A stretch of 64,000 nucleotides of DNA. It comes from Eledone cirrhosa. Its lineage: Eukaryota. Location: positions 66,216,001-66,280,000 of the forward strand of contig OZ024742.1 in assembly GCA_964016885.1 (NCBI GenBank), given 5' to 3'. The notes below the pieces were generated by a model. That model was not told where the DNA came from and did not search any database. It was given only the letters and a program-made list of their open reading frames with translations. The position numbers were made by a program, and so were the translations under genes. Shown here in pieces: positions 1-12,644 of this stretch. The number at the start of each line of letters is the position of its first letter. The first letter of the stretch is position 1.

Positions 1-1003
1 AAAGGCATGCTTATCATAAAAAAATCATGCTTGGATATGTTGCCAGGATGCTCCAGAGTGAGAGTAATATAGATAAGGAAAGTAGTCTATTTCAGACCAA
101 CAACCACTATATTGGCTCCCACTTTGAAGGATACGCTTTTGCAATCCAAGAACAGGTGATTAACACGAAATACCTGATTCACAAAAGAGATAGGGATTCA
201 GGAAAAACACCTAGATGTGATAACAAGTGCAGACTCTGCAGAACTAACATCGAGGATATCACTCATGTCATCAGCAGCTGTCCAAAGATGTCATCGCGGT
301 ACTATCTACCTATGAGGCATGATGTAGTGGCCAGAACATTGTACAATGCGGTTCGTAAAAAAGATAGCCCCGATAATAAACACATTAAAAGCTACAGCAA
401 TGTGGAAGACATCCATGTACATAATAGGAAAGAGTACTGCTGGAATGTTCCAGTGAAAACCCCAATAAAATGCAGGCATAACAGACCAGATATTAAGATA
501 TGGCTCAGGGAGAAGAAAGCATGCACAGTAGTGGAAATTAGCTGCCCTGCAGATGCCAATATAATATCATAGATTAGCGAAAAGGAGAATATTTATGCAG
601 AACTGATGAGAAATCTGCAGATACTCCACCCTGATTACACCTTCAGATTTATGCCTGTGATTATTGGGGCACTGGGATATGTTAGTAACTGCTTCAATAC
701 AAAGCTTGGGAAGCTAGGCTTCACAGGAACAGAAAGAACACAACTAGTTAGGAAATTACAAGTACAATCCATTAATGGAACAGTAAAAATATGTAAAACA
801 TTCCAAACATTTTGCATCTAATAACTGCATATACACATTTACAGATACAAAGCATATACACATGCGTACTTCCAACTCAAAACATACACATCCACACATA
901 GAATAACATCCATATCTACACATGAATGCATACATCATCTACCTAGTTGATGTGTAAATTCCAATGAGAGAGTCTTGTGTCTATGTTAGAAAGCGACTCT
1001 CTC
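1..1003 (+). mobile_element. 3' part of an RLE-type (R4/Dong-like) non-LTR retrotransposon, pseudogenised; runs off the window start
   Basis: ORFs 27-572 and 606-821 are in the same frame, split by one stop. They contain the zinc knuckle CRLCRTNIEDITHVISSC, RHD, RPDI..VEISCP and PVIIGALG motifs. The 3' UTR is shared with the copy at 12645-13690. Confidence 0.8.
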
Positions 1004-1220
1004 TTTATTGGGAAAAAGAAGTTGTGAAATTATAAAGCCAGAAGAACATAAATAGATACATACATAAATACAAACATAGCTGGTAGCGAAAATGTAAAAT
1101 CCCGACAGTTCTAGCTGTTAGCGAATAAACAACACGAAAATCGTGTATAGAGAATGCCAGCGGACTTAGACTATGTGAAATAATGCAGTAGCAAGAAACA
1201 CGGAACACTTACGTATGCAT

Positions 1221-1300
<80 letters not shown>

Positions 1301-1380
1301 AAACCGTGGCTTAACTTAAACCCTAGTACTTTTTAGCCACGCATCATTTTTTCCTTTTTCTCAATCTCTAAACCTCGTTT

Positions 1381-1462
1381 CTTCTTCTTCTTCTTCTTCT
1401 TCTTCTTCTTCTTCTTCTTCTTCTTCTTCTTCTTCTTCTTCTTCTTCTTCTTCTTCTTCTTC
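1381..1462. repeat. (CTT)n microsatellite, probably the (GAA)n tail of the adjacent minus-strand LINE
   Basis: Perfect trinucleotide run directly at the 3' end of the fragment at 1463-2370. Confidence 0.85.
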
Positions 1463-2370
1463 GCCCAATTATTCCTGAGAATAGCCATCAAATACGCTTT
1501 TCAGCGAGGTCTCTCCGAGGCAAGATTCATTCCTTTGAAATTCTTGCCGCATGCCCATTGTATCGGAGCTGTGATCTCTCAATTCGGAGAAGTAGCGGCT
1601 CTACCTGGGGCGACTCTTTGATCCTCTGAGCTATGCACGCTATCAAGTAACGTTACTCCAAACACCCTTCGCAGGAACCCCATGTCGGCCGCTTTTATTC
1701 GCGATCTTATTCTTCCGGTTAGTACCAAAGAATTGTGACGATACGTAAAGGTTGGCACGAATCTCGAATTGAAGATAGCGAGTTCGTTTTTTAAATCTAC
1801 CTCCCTTGTTCCGCTTACTGAATGCTGAAGGGACGCATTACTGTACCAGCTCCTGCAATTCTTAAATTTAAGTCAGCATCCTGCCTTCCATCACTCGTGA
1901 AAACAGCCTCGAGATACTTGAATACCTCCACCTGCTTCAGTGGAGCTCCATTCAAATATTGTGTGCACTGCGCAGGCTTCTTTGAAAGGAAGAGTGTCTC
2001 AGTTTTCGCAGCACTGATTTGCATTCCAGCCATGCACACTCGGCATCAAATTTAGCAAATGTAATTCGGAGATCACCTTCTGTCGAGTTTAGTAATAGCC
2101 TGTCATCAACAAATTCCAGACGACTGATTCTACACAGTCCATTCGTGGTTCCACTTTAGACCCGGCTGCGCATGTCAATCCTCTTCAAAATATAATGAAC
2201 AGAATAGGTGCGAGTAGGCATCCTTGGTGATGTCTGAATTCTAAATTGAATGGCTTTGATTTAACATCATTTATCCGAACACTCTGACATTCGTAAATAA
2301 CTATCAGCGTATCAAGTAGCTGACCATCGATCCGGCACTCCTGCAGAACCTTGTATACCTTCGTATTGAC
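1463..2370 (-). mobile_element. Decayed RT fragment of an RTE-like LINE
   Basis: The minus strand gives HQGCLLAPILF, an FVDD catalytic remnant and the post-RT motif KQVEVFKYLEAVFTSDG..NLRI (ORF 1815-2039). Several stops and frameshifts are present. Confidence 0.65.
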
Positions 2371-2694
2371 GTGGTAAATGTTGTCACCATTATAATGTTG
2401 ATAGAGCTAATGACTCTTTAGGTGTGATTATGATTGATTTCTCCGGGAGAGAGAGAAAGACAGTGACGGAGAGAGAGGATGAGAGAGGGAGAGATGTTGG
2501 AAAAGGATATAGTTGAGTAAGGTGTAGCGAATGATATAAAAGGAAAAATATCGATCCTAGTACTCGACTGCTATTTTATATGTCGATCACAAACAACAGA
2601 AACGTGCGCTTTGCTAGTTCGAACTAATATCACAAGTCAATAAGTCTGACGTTCTAACGACTTTGAAAATTCGTTTTACACTAATACATACCCA

Positions 2695-2757
<63 letters not shown>

Positions 2758-2780
2758 AAAGAAACATATCTATCTATCTA
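2695..2780. repeat. (TATC)n tract forming the 5' flank of Tx1 family A
   Basis: Tetranucleotide run interrupted once by ATAAAGAAACA at 2756-2766. Confidence 0.9.
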
Positions 2781-3115
2781 AGTGTTTTATTTGAGACGTG
2801 TGCAAGTTCGTTGGTAAGTTTTTGTTGATTTTCTAAGTAAGAAATCAAAAATTTATTGTTAAATTTATTACTATTTTATCGCTTGACCCCACGTCTGGAC
2901 TTTCAGACGGTGAGTCAAGTCATCTTCACCCCTCCGTGGGTTTGGAAAAAAAATTTCGCCGGTGAAAAAAAAGTGTAAACAAACCTTGCATTCAGTCATG
3001 AACGCTGTGTTCATAACTAGAAGTGGTGGAGAGGCGGTAAGAGTGTTAAGCTCCCAGTCACCCCCTCTCACCACATCATTGAAAGACAATCGAAAATGTC
3101 AGTTTTGAAAATACG

Positions 3116-3199
3116 ATGTCGGACGTTGATTGTAACAACACTAACCCACATACTAATACAGACACCAATAACATGCAAAATATAAACAACACCAACCAG

Positions 3200-3241
<42 letters not shown>

Positions 3242-4903
3242 AATGACAACATGAACAACAACAACAACAATGATAACAACAACACCACCAACAACAGCAA
3301 CAATGATAACAACAACACCACCAACAACAACAGCAACATGAACAACTCCACGAACAAGGAAAATATTTCTTTTGCTCAAACCGTCCAAAAGACGGAACTG
3401 TTCACATACCTTGACATTTCCAATGCTAGGGAAATGTTAAGCGATGCAAAACAATACGTAACTTTTGGTGAGAGTGGTGCTTTTAGCATCACTTCTCCTC
3501 AACAGCTACGCAGAGAAACTGTTCCAAAAACAGTAATTTTTAGGACAGTTTCAAATGCGTCGAAAAAACCAGTTCAATTATCCCAAAACGATATTGAACT
3601 GGTTCTGGAGAATTCCATGAAGGATATTGCCTTCATCCAAAAAGGGTAACTTTTTGGAAACATTTCGGTGTTGTTGAAAGACCAATTGACAGCACAAAAA
3701 TATTCTGTATCGCCGATTGTGTCCCCCCTTTACACCTTTTTCCCCACATATATGGGAAAAAGAACACAAAAAATAAAAATTTCGAACATTGCACCAAATG
3801 TAAACGTCTGGTGGATTCTAACTGGCTTCATCGATTTCGACGAAGACATAATCATTTCGGTGGGAAAGTCCTCCAGAGGCACATTCAATGGTACAAGCAT
3901 TCAATGGTACAAATGAGGCCAGAACGGATAGCTAAAATACCCCAACGTGTGCCTCTGGATGGAATTTCACACATAAACATTTCTGTTGAGGGTAGGCGGC
4001 CTTCATGTTACCACTGTTTAAGCAGTGGTCACCTGAAGGCTTACTGTCCTCAGTTAACTACAAAAAAAGAGGCACTACTGCCAACACCCAAAACAACAAC
4101 ACAACCGCCACCACCACCACCACCACTACTACCACCACAACAACAACAACAAAAACACGCAAACACAACCAAAACAAGAACAACAAACCAACCTGCAAGC
4201 ACAGTCCCACCCAACCCCACTGCAAAAAGACCCACAAACACAACAACTCCCAAAAACATACCCCTTCCAAATAACACAGACACCACAACGGACGAGGCCC
4301 CCACATCATCACCAAGTGACGATGAGGGAGAGCCTCTCCGTTCGAAAAGAAAGAAGAAAAAACAAAACAAGAACAAAAAAAACAACAAACATACAACCAC
4401 CAACACAAACAACGCAAACCTTACAACCCCCCCCCCCGTCCCGAAAACAAAACCACGACATCACTCCAAACACAAACACCTACAACAAACGAAAGCTCCC
4501 ACAAGAACAACAGACAAAAACCACCGCAACACAACAAGAACATTATACATACATAAACAGTAAAAACAAAACTGTAATGGAGGTCATCTCCAACGACCCT
4601 TCGGTGAAAACCGTAGGGAAATATTTTTCGAACTGTGTAGACAAACCTAATTTAAAGATGATTAGGGTCCCTACGGACACCTATAAGTCTTTAAAGGAAA
4701 ACTTTCCTAATGAAGTGGATAATCCTTGTGTTAAACACATTAACCGCGTCCTTTTAAATCGTTTCCCCACCCTCACCCCAGACACCCCTACCCCACCAAA
4801 CATCTCCGTACCCACCCCGCCGGAAACCACCACCCACCCAGACAACCCCTTTAACACCCCCATGGAAACCGTGCGGCCTGATACCAGGGAGACGAAGAGG
4901 TGA
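3116..4903 (+). pseudogene. Tx1-A ORF1 (gag-like nucleic-acid-binding protein), disrupted
   Basis: Poly-Asn N-terminus, CYHCLSSGHLKAYC (CX2CX4HX4C) and a Pro/Thr/Lys-rich tail, split over ORFs 3116, 3668, 3811 and 4316. Confidence 0.8.
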
Positions 4904-4940
4904 GTGTTTTCTTCTCTTCTTTTAACTTTTTAGAACCAAC

Positions 4941-7900
4941 ATGGCCAATATAAGATTTGGATGTGTGAATGTACGCGGCCTGGGGATGCCCTGGAAACAG
5001 GGCAAACTCTTAAACGACCTCAAGTCGCACAGTATGGATGTAGTAGCCATTTATGAGTCCAGGATCCACAGCGAGCGACAGCTGGCCCCCATCTTCGATG
5101 TCTTTGAGATCTTCGCATCTCTCTGTCGGCCGGGGGGTGGGGGCGGGGTTGCTGTTTTGCTGCGGAAACACCTGGGCCTCGTAACACAGACGGTACATCT
5201 GAACCGGGAGGGTCAACTGGTGGTCCTAGACGTTGACGGTAATGAAGGTGGAGGCTTCAGGCTGGTGGCCGCATATACCCCATCCGGGACACCGCGGCCA
5301 GACTTCTTCAACGTCTAGAGACTTTTCTGGGAACGTCCCGCTCCTTTCTTTTAGTGGGGGACTGTAAATGGAATCCTAGATGCACGTTGGGACTATGTGG
5401 GAGCATGTCTCGATAAAGGGGGGTGTACAGCCTCAAACAGTTAATCGGCCGATTTGATCTGGCCGATAGATATCAAATAAATTTTCCGACTGTGCCACTG
5501 TGGATGTGGACTAATCGTAGCGGAACATCTAGATCGTACATAGATAGGGTTCTAGTTAGAAATAAGGATAGGGACATGTTAAGCTGTCCACACATGTTCA
5601 TGGTTGCCTATTCAGATCACAAACTAGTGACCTGCATGGTCAACCTTGATAGAACCCATAGACAAGGACCCGGCTACTGGAAGTTGAACTTGTCGTTACC
5701 GACATGCAAAGCCTACAGTAGACGGATTAGCACTTTAGTTAACCAGCACTTGACAGGGGCCATTGTCAACAACAGATGGTGGTACTCTCTCAAGAGGGCA
5801 GTTAGATTAGGCTCGTTAGTTTTTAGTAAAAGATTAGCCTTAGATAGAAATAGAACCGAGAAGGAACTGGTAGATAAAGTAGAAGATGCAATTAAAAGTG
5901 GCAACGTAGCCAGCGTGCTAGAAACAAGAACGGCCTTGGACCAGTTCTTCGACGCAAATCACGAGGGCTGCATTGTCAGAAGCAAAATACGTGCTCTGGG
6001 AAACGAGGGAGCCAAAGCTGTTAGCTGGGCCTGAGTGTCGGAGGCAAAAAGTGGCAACAAGTCCACGATTCGGTCTTTGAAGGACCAAAACGGACGCGTG
6101 TAACGTGACCCGAAGCAGATGTGTGCGGCCTTTCAGCAACACTTTGCTCAACTGTTCGCGCAGGGCGGCGCGGCGGGAGGGGCTATGGATTTCAGTCGAC
6201 CTACCGCGACTCTCGGACAGCGAGGCAAAGTTCTGCGAAAAGCCGATTTCAGCCACTGAGATAGGGGACGCGCTGAGCCAATTCGGCAAACGCAAATCTC
6301 CAGGTCTCGACGATCTACCCTACGAATTTTACGTAGCAATGCCAGACTTATTCTCCGGTCTCCTGGAAGCGGTCTACTGCAACTGGCAACAGAACGGGAA
6401 AATTCCCAGTTCTGTGACCGGGGGCGTAGTCACACTAGTCAGGAAGGACGAGAATAAGGGGGATGACAGGCATTTTCCGGCCCATAATTCTGCTAAACAC
6501 AGAGTTACAGATTTTGGCCAAGGTGTTGGCAAAGAGGCTGGTGCTTGTCGTCGAGAACCTGGTGGGAGAAGCGCATACACGACAACCTCCACCTCATGCG
6601 ATACATCATAGAGAGTGTGGGGTGTAAATCCGGCATCGGTGGGGCCCTAATCAACTTGGATCAGTCTAAGGCTTTCGATAGGGTTGACCATCGTTACCTG
6701 GATGCGGTGCTCGAGGCGGCAGGCTGCGGACCCGTGTTCAGGGGCTGGATTGCTGCAATGCACAATGGCAACATCTGCTCAAGGGTCAAGGTGAACGGCT
6801 ACCTCTCGGCGCCGTTCCATATCACGCGATGCATTCGACAGGGATTCCCTCTCTCCTCCCTTCTGCACGTACTGCCTCTCGAGCCACTAATGCGGAAGTT
6901 GGAGCTATTGCAGGGCACCCCCCTGGAACCGGGACTTCGGAAAGCGGCGTCGGCCTACGCCGACGACGTGACACTACTGGTGCCCAGCACCTCGCACATC
7001 GGGGAAGTCGCACCTTACTGAAGGAATACGAAAGTTTCACAGGAGCGAAGCTGAACCGGGACAAGTCCATCGGTTTGCAACTCGGATCGTGGAGAGGCAA
7101 ACGGATGCCTTCCGATGGCGTCGTCGGACGCTGGACGGAAGGACCTGTAAAGCTGCTCGGGGTCTGGTTTGGTCCGGACCTCCAGGTGGAGAAGAACTGG
7201 AACGAGGTGACGGCCAACGTATTTGCACTCACCCAGAAACGGGCCGAGTACAAACTATCCTTGAAAGGTCGACCGGAGGTGGCGAATACTTTTATAGCTC
7301 CGCCATGTACTACTGCTTGACCGTCGGGCCTTGTCCAGCCAAAACGCTGACCAAAATGGAGCGCGCGCTCTTCCAATTCCTTTGGAAGAGGCGGGCTCCT
7401 TTGGTGAGAAGATCCATCTGCTGCCAACACCCTTCCAACGGAGGTCTGGGGATGTCATGACTGACGATGCGCAAACACGCGGTCATGCTGCGGCATCTCT
7501 ACGCATTCCTCACCGAACAACCGGTGTGGGCCCCGTTCGTGAGGCGAGCCTTCCCATGACTGGTCTCGCTGACCGAGCTGCAGTCCTGGGTCAAGCAAAA
7601 CCGAGGAAAATGGGCGACTGGCACATCGAATGTGCTCAGGCGCTCACAGCCCTCTGGCAGACGGACCCGGCGATCAGTGGAGACTCCACTTCGTCATTCT
7701 ATAGAGCGTTGAACCGCAGCAAGTGCGACGACGCGCTCGGTGAAACTCTAGGCGTAGAGGAAGACGAACTAGCCAGTCTGTTCGGTAGGACCTTCCGCCC
7801 GGGACCGATGGACAACTTCCAAAAGTCCCTGGCCTGGCAGTGCTACGGAGGAGCTCTACCAGTTCGAAATAAGCTCTACAGACATGGGCGCCCGGGCAGG

Positions 7901-8336
7901 GACCCTGCAAAAAAAAATCGGTCCGATGTGCCTGCGATACGAAGAAATCGTCGCGCACGCATTCATACACTGCCCGGGCGTCACCGACCTGTGGGGCTAT
8001 GTAGAACGACTATTGTCGCGGGTGGGACCAATCCGGTTGACCACCGAGTCCATTCTCATGATCAAACCGCCACCCTCCTTCAAAAACGAAAGAGAGGCGG
8101 TTTTCCTTTGTGTGATAACTATGGCGAAATATGTTGTATGGTGGACAAGGTTGAAAGGGCTGAGGTCAGACACCTTTCTCTCCGGCCAACAACTGATTCT
8201 ATTTTTCAAATACCACTTTGGAAGAAGAATCAGGATGGAGAAAGAGGTGCTGTACCCCAGCAAGTTTTATGAAAGGTGGGTGAAAGTGGCGAGAATGGCC
8301 CGAGTGAATGGGCCTTCTCTCTATATCAGCCTGTAG
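4941..8336 (+). pseudogene. Tx1-A ORF2 (APE endonuclease + reverse transcriptase), multiple frameshifts
   Basis: Motifs NVRGL, SYIDRVL, SDH, GYWKLN, KSPGLD, DQSKAFDRV, RQG.PLS, AYADD and C..HAFIHC. Confidence 0.9.
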
Positions 8337-8568
8337 GTTGAGGAAAAAGGGGAGGAGAGGAAAGGAATACAAACTCTTCGTACTCCTGGAGATGAGGGTT
8401 GCACATTTTTTTTCGTGTTACCCATATGTAATGTCTCCCCCTATTGGGGAATATCGACTAATTTTAAAATTGCATTTGTGTTAATATTTTACACGTTTTT
8501 ATTGTATGTAAACTTCCCCCTTTGTATTTGTCCCCTTCTTTTGTGCCCCTGTGGCTAATAAAGAAACA

Positions 8569-8751
<183 letters not shown>

Positions 8752-9681
8752 CATATGTATATATAAACATATGCATACATATGTATATATAGACATATGC
8801 ATACATACAAACACAAACTCACCTAGATATTCTGACACGTGCATATATACGTGTGCACGTACGTACATATATATATTTATGCTTACATACATACATGCGT
8901 ACACAACACATACACATAAACACACGCATATATATATATATATATATACACATTCATAATTTATCGATTTAGTGTACACATATATAATTGTATTTACATC
9001 TAGTTCAAATATATAATTTCATTTCTTCACACAAATAACATTATACATCGTAACTTGTTTCTTATTGAGATATAGAAGAAAATGGCGTCGAAACCATGCA
9101 TATAAATAGAAGTAAAATAATGATCACTGTCTATTATTATTACAGTTCCCTGTACATGTAGCACTACCTCCTCGAGCATAGCAGAGATGATTAACACTAC
9201 TACCTTTATTCACAATATTACTACTGATGCTGTTATGTTTTAAAACTGATAACGAGAATTAGGAGCATTCATCAGAATTACAAATGACAAATTTTACTAA
9301 ATGATTTAATCTTAATTATGACATAAAATGTGATGATTTAGTGAATATATGATTAATATATAATTTATGCATACGATTATAAAGTAAGTAAATAAATTCT
9401 TCCCCGTCGGATTCGGCGGAGAGTATTCCAGTCGTTCGATTATCGTTCATCTACCGTTGAACACGAAACACACATACTATCACACATATACTGTATACTA
9501 TACCACCCGTGGCCCGTTGGGTCACGTTCCCTTAAAGATATTTTTGTAAATCATGTTCACTTTAAAATAAATTTTGAATAATTAAAATATGCACAGACAT
9601 GTATATAATGTGAAATGGAACTGGAAGGCCCATATGTATACGTGTGTGTATGCATATATATAAATATGCGTGTGTGAGTAT

Positions 9682-9720
<39 letters not shown>

Positions 9721-9726
9721 TAATTG

Positions 9727-9897
9727 TGGTAAGGAAACAGATGGGCCATAACGCACTAGAGTACTCAATACTTAGGGTAGTACAGTGGGCAATAGGAAAA
9801 TGTATGACCCCGATGGTAGAGCTCAAGCCATTTCAACTGCTATTTCTAGAGTCCAGAAATAGCTGTCGAAATGGCTTGAGCTCTGCCGTCGGGGTGA
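9727..9897. repeat. Dispersed repeat ending in a fold-back; relatives at 11849-12020, 17660-17790, 60199-60309 and 60735-60782
   Basis: Shared GTGGTAAGGAA..GGACCATAA..CCCGACGGCAGAGCTC..GTTTCGACAGCTA. Arms at 9807-9847 and 9856-9894 are reverse complements. Confidence 0.7.
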
Positions 9898-9907
9898 TAC
9901 ATTACCG

Positions 9908-9948
<41 letters not shown>

Positions 9949-10010
9949 AATCTATGTACACTGTTCGTAGCCACACACACACACTCACATATATACACAA
10001 CAACAACACC

Positions 10011-10109
<99 letters not shown>

Positions 10110-10394
10110 GGCTTAATAACAAAGTTAACATATTTAGCGACCAGACGGAGTAAATGGACCCGCTCATACTTCCCTAAGAAATGAAATAAATAACACAAAC
10201 ATAACATTATAATGATGCTACAGTGATGTAAGTAGTGGTAGGTAAGTAAAGGAAGACGAACATGAGTAAAACATGAAGCAAACGTGAAACAAAGTGAAAA
10301 TGAAGACGAATGGGAGGAGTGTGTTGATGGTAGTGGTTTTTGTGATGCAGTAATGTTGGGTTTGGTGGTGTTGATCAGCTATATAATGGTGCTG

Positions 10395-10484
10395 AGAAGA
10401 AGAAGAAGAAGAAGAAGAAGAAGAAGAAGAAGAAGAAGAAGAAGAAGAAGAAGAAGAAGAAGAAGAAGAAGAAGAAGAAGAAGA
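10395..10484. repeat. (GAA)n microsatellite
   Basis: Perfect run. Confidence 0.9.
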
Positions 10485-10730
10485 AAAAAATATGACAGGA
10501 ACATAACTATGCAGGAAAAGGCAGGAAAAATTTATAACAGAAAATATTAAGAATAGGGAAAAATAAAATAGTCACCATGGAAACATAGGGTTGTAGAAGT
10601 AAATTATACGAATAATAAAGTAAAATTACTGTAAAACAGAGAACCACAGATAGACTCTCATCACATAATTACATATAACCACACGGTCGTACATACACAT
10701 ATGTATGTGTGTGTGAGTATATATATATAT

Positions 10731-10984
10731 ATAGTAATAATAATAAACTTGAAGACTAAAATTCAAAGAGGGTTCGATAAGGATAAATATATATCAAATA
10801 TATAAGAACCGTAGAGCAAATATTTATTAAAATAACAGATTATTAAAATAACAGATTAAAGATTCATTGCTTAAACTTTAATCTGTTATTTTAATAAATA
10901 TTTGCTCTACGGTTCTTATATATTTGATATATATTTATCCTTATCGAACACTCTTTGAATTTTAGTCTTCAAGTTTATTATTAT

Positions 10985-10990
<6 letters not shown>
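10731..10990. repeat. Fold-back inverted repeat with ~115-130 bp arms; a single-arm relative lies at 56660-56770
   Basis: 10731-10860 is the near-exact reverse complement of 10878-10990. Confidence 0.85.
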
Positions 10991-11037
<47 letters not shown>

Positions 11038-11039
11038 CT

Positions 11040-11112
<73 letters not shown>

Positions 11113-11137
11113 TATATGTATATATATGTATTATATG

Positions 11138-11170
<33 letters not shown>

Positions 11171-11173
<3 letters not shown>

Positions 11174-11673
11174 AATTAAGTTAAAAATGTACATCTACAT
11201 ATGCATATGAATACACACACGTATACATATGTAGATGTAACAAGAAATTTTATTTCGTTTCGTTATTTGTTTTTATCGTCTCCGCTGAACCGGTGCGTAC
11301 TCACACTCTATGCAAATTAGTCTGCCCACTACTAATTTTCATAGAACAAGCATATAACGATATGTGCTTTTACGATTCTCCAGAAAGGCCGGTAGATAGG
11401 TAAATATTGCTGATGAGTTGTAACAACAACGAAACTAGTTCAATATTCCTTGTCTGGCTTTCTGCAGAATAGAGGAAAGGTGTTTCCTCGAAAACCAGTA
11501 TGACTCTAAAAACCGGTTTGTCTGTGTGTTTACATACAGAATAGCTGGGTTACTCACAGTAAAGTAACCAGTGAAAGACTTGTTACATCTACATATGTAT
11601 ACGTGTGTGTATTCATATGCATACTAGTATTTCAGTATGCATATGTAGATGTACATTTTTAACTTAATTGTTT
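11171..11673. mobile_element. Penelope-like pLTR remnant: inverted arms enclosing a hammerhead ribozyme
   Basis: 11171-11243 is inverted at 11578-11673, with a hammerhead core at 11403-11447. Confidence 0.6.
11403..11447 (+). ncRNA. Minimal type I hammerhead ribozyme
   Basis: AATATTG-CTGATGA-GTTGT aaca ACAAC-GAAA-CTAG-TT-CAATATT, giving a 7-bp stem I, a 5-bp stem II and a palindromic stem III loop. Confidence 0.8.
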
Positions 11674-11719
11674 AAGCGTCAGTCATACAAAAGTGAGTTA
11701 TATATATATACAAAAGTGA

Positions 11720-11752
<33 letters not shown>

Positions 11753-11778
11753 TGAGTTATATATATATACAAAAGTGA

Positions 11779-11834
<56 letters not shown>

Positions 11835-12038
11835 TATAACAAAGAAAGTGTGGTAAGGAACCAGGTGGACCATAATGCACCAGAGTACTCGATACTTAGG
11901 ATAGTAGAGTGGGTAATAGTAAAAGAATCAGGACCCCGACAGCGGAGCTCCGGCTGTTTCGACAGCTAGATCCAAACGGATCTAGCTGTCGAAACGACCG
12001 GAGCACAGTCGTAGGGTCCCGACTCTTTTCGTACACAC

Positions 12039-12091
<53 letters not shown>

Positions 12092-12171
12092 AGGATATGA
12101 ATGAACAACAGAAGATATGATTGAATTAAGAAAATAATCTTATCCACATACATGATACGAAAGAACCAATA

Positions 12172-12352
12172 ATTGTCTCTACTTTAGGCACAAGGCCAGC
12201 AATTACCCAGTGCATTACTGGTACTTTATTTTATCGACCCCGTAAGGATGAAAGGCAAAGTCAACCTCGGCGGGATTTGAACTCAGATCGTAAAGGGACG
12301 TAACTATGCTGGAAAGCATGGCGTCCGACCCTCTACTGATACTGCCAATCCA
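12172..12352 (-). mobile_element. tRNA-derived SINE (octopus OK-like, Nin/Deu-type core)
   Basis: The reverse complement has the B box GAGTTCAAATCC, the core TTTCATCCTTACGGGGTCGATAAAATAAAGTACCAG and the tail CCTTGTGCCTAAAGTAGAGACAATT. Confidence 0.85.
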
Positions 12353-12644
12353 CAAACAATAATGTTTGTATAAATTGTCCCCTAATGTCACTGTTAACTT
12401 GGAAACCACCTAAATGGTGTCTACGAGCAGCTTTGTTGCCTCGTTGTTTTGGTTTAATTTCTATTGCTTACTAAGCATATATTGTTCTATGATATCTCGT
12501 TTAGATTGATTGATGTTTATTAACTCATTCTCTCTTTCCGTTTCTCCACACACTCATCTCGCTTTTCATAGCAGGTTATTATACATTCACAAACATATCT
12601 ATGTATGTTCTTCTGGTTTAATAATTTCATAAATTATTACCAAT

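Larger units (their letters stand above)
2781..8568 (+). mobile_element. Full-length, degenerate Tx1-clade LINE (family A) inserted in (TATC)n
   Basis: It has a 5' UTR, ORF1 with a CCHC knuckle, ORF2 APE-RT-zinc finger and a 3' UTR ending CCCTGTGGCTAATAAAGAAACA. (TATC)n lies on both sides. Confidence 0.9.

Noticed and set aside
950-1003. Hammerhead in the RLE element's 3' UTR (C[CT]AATGAG..GAAA)
   Set aside because: The core is non-canonical and stem II does not pair; it is just a GAGAGAGTC/GACTCTCTC hairpin.
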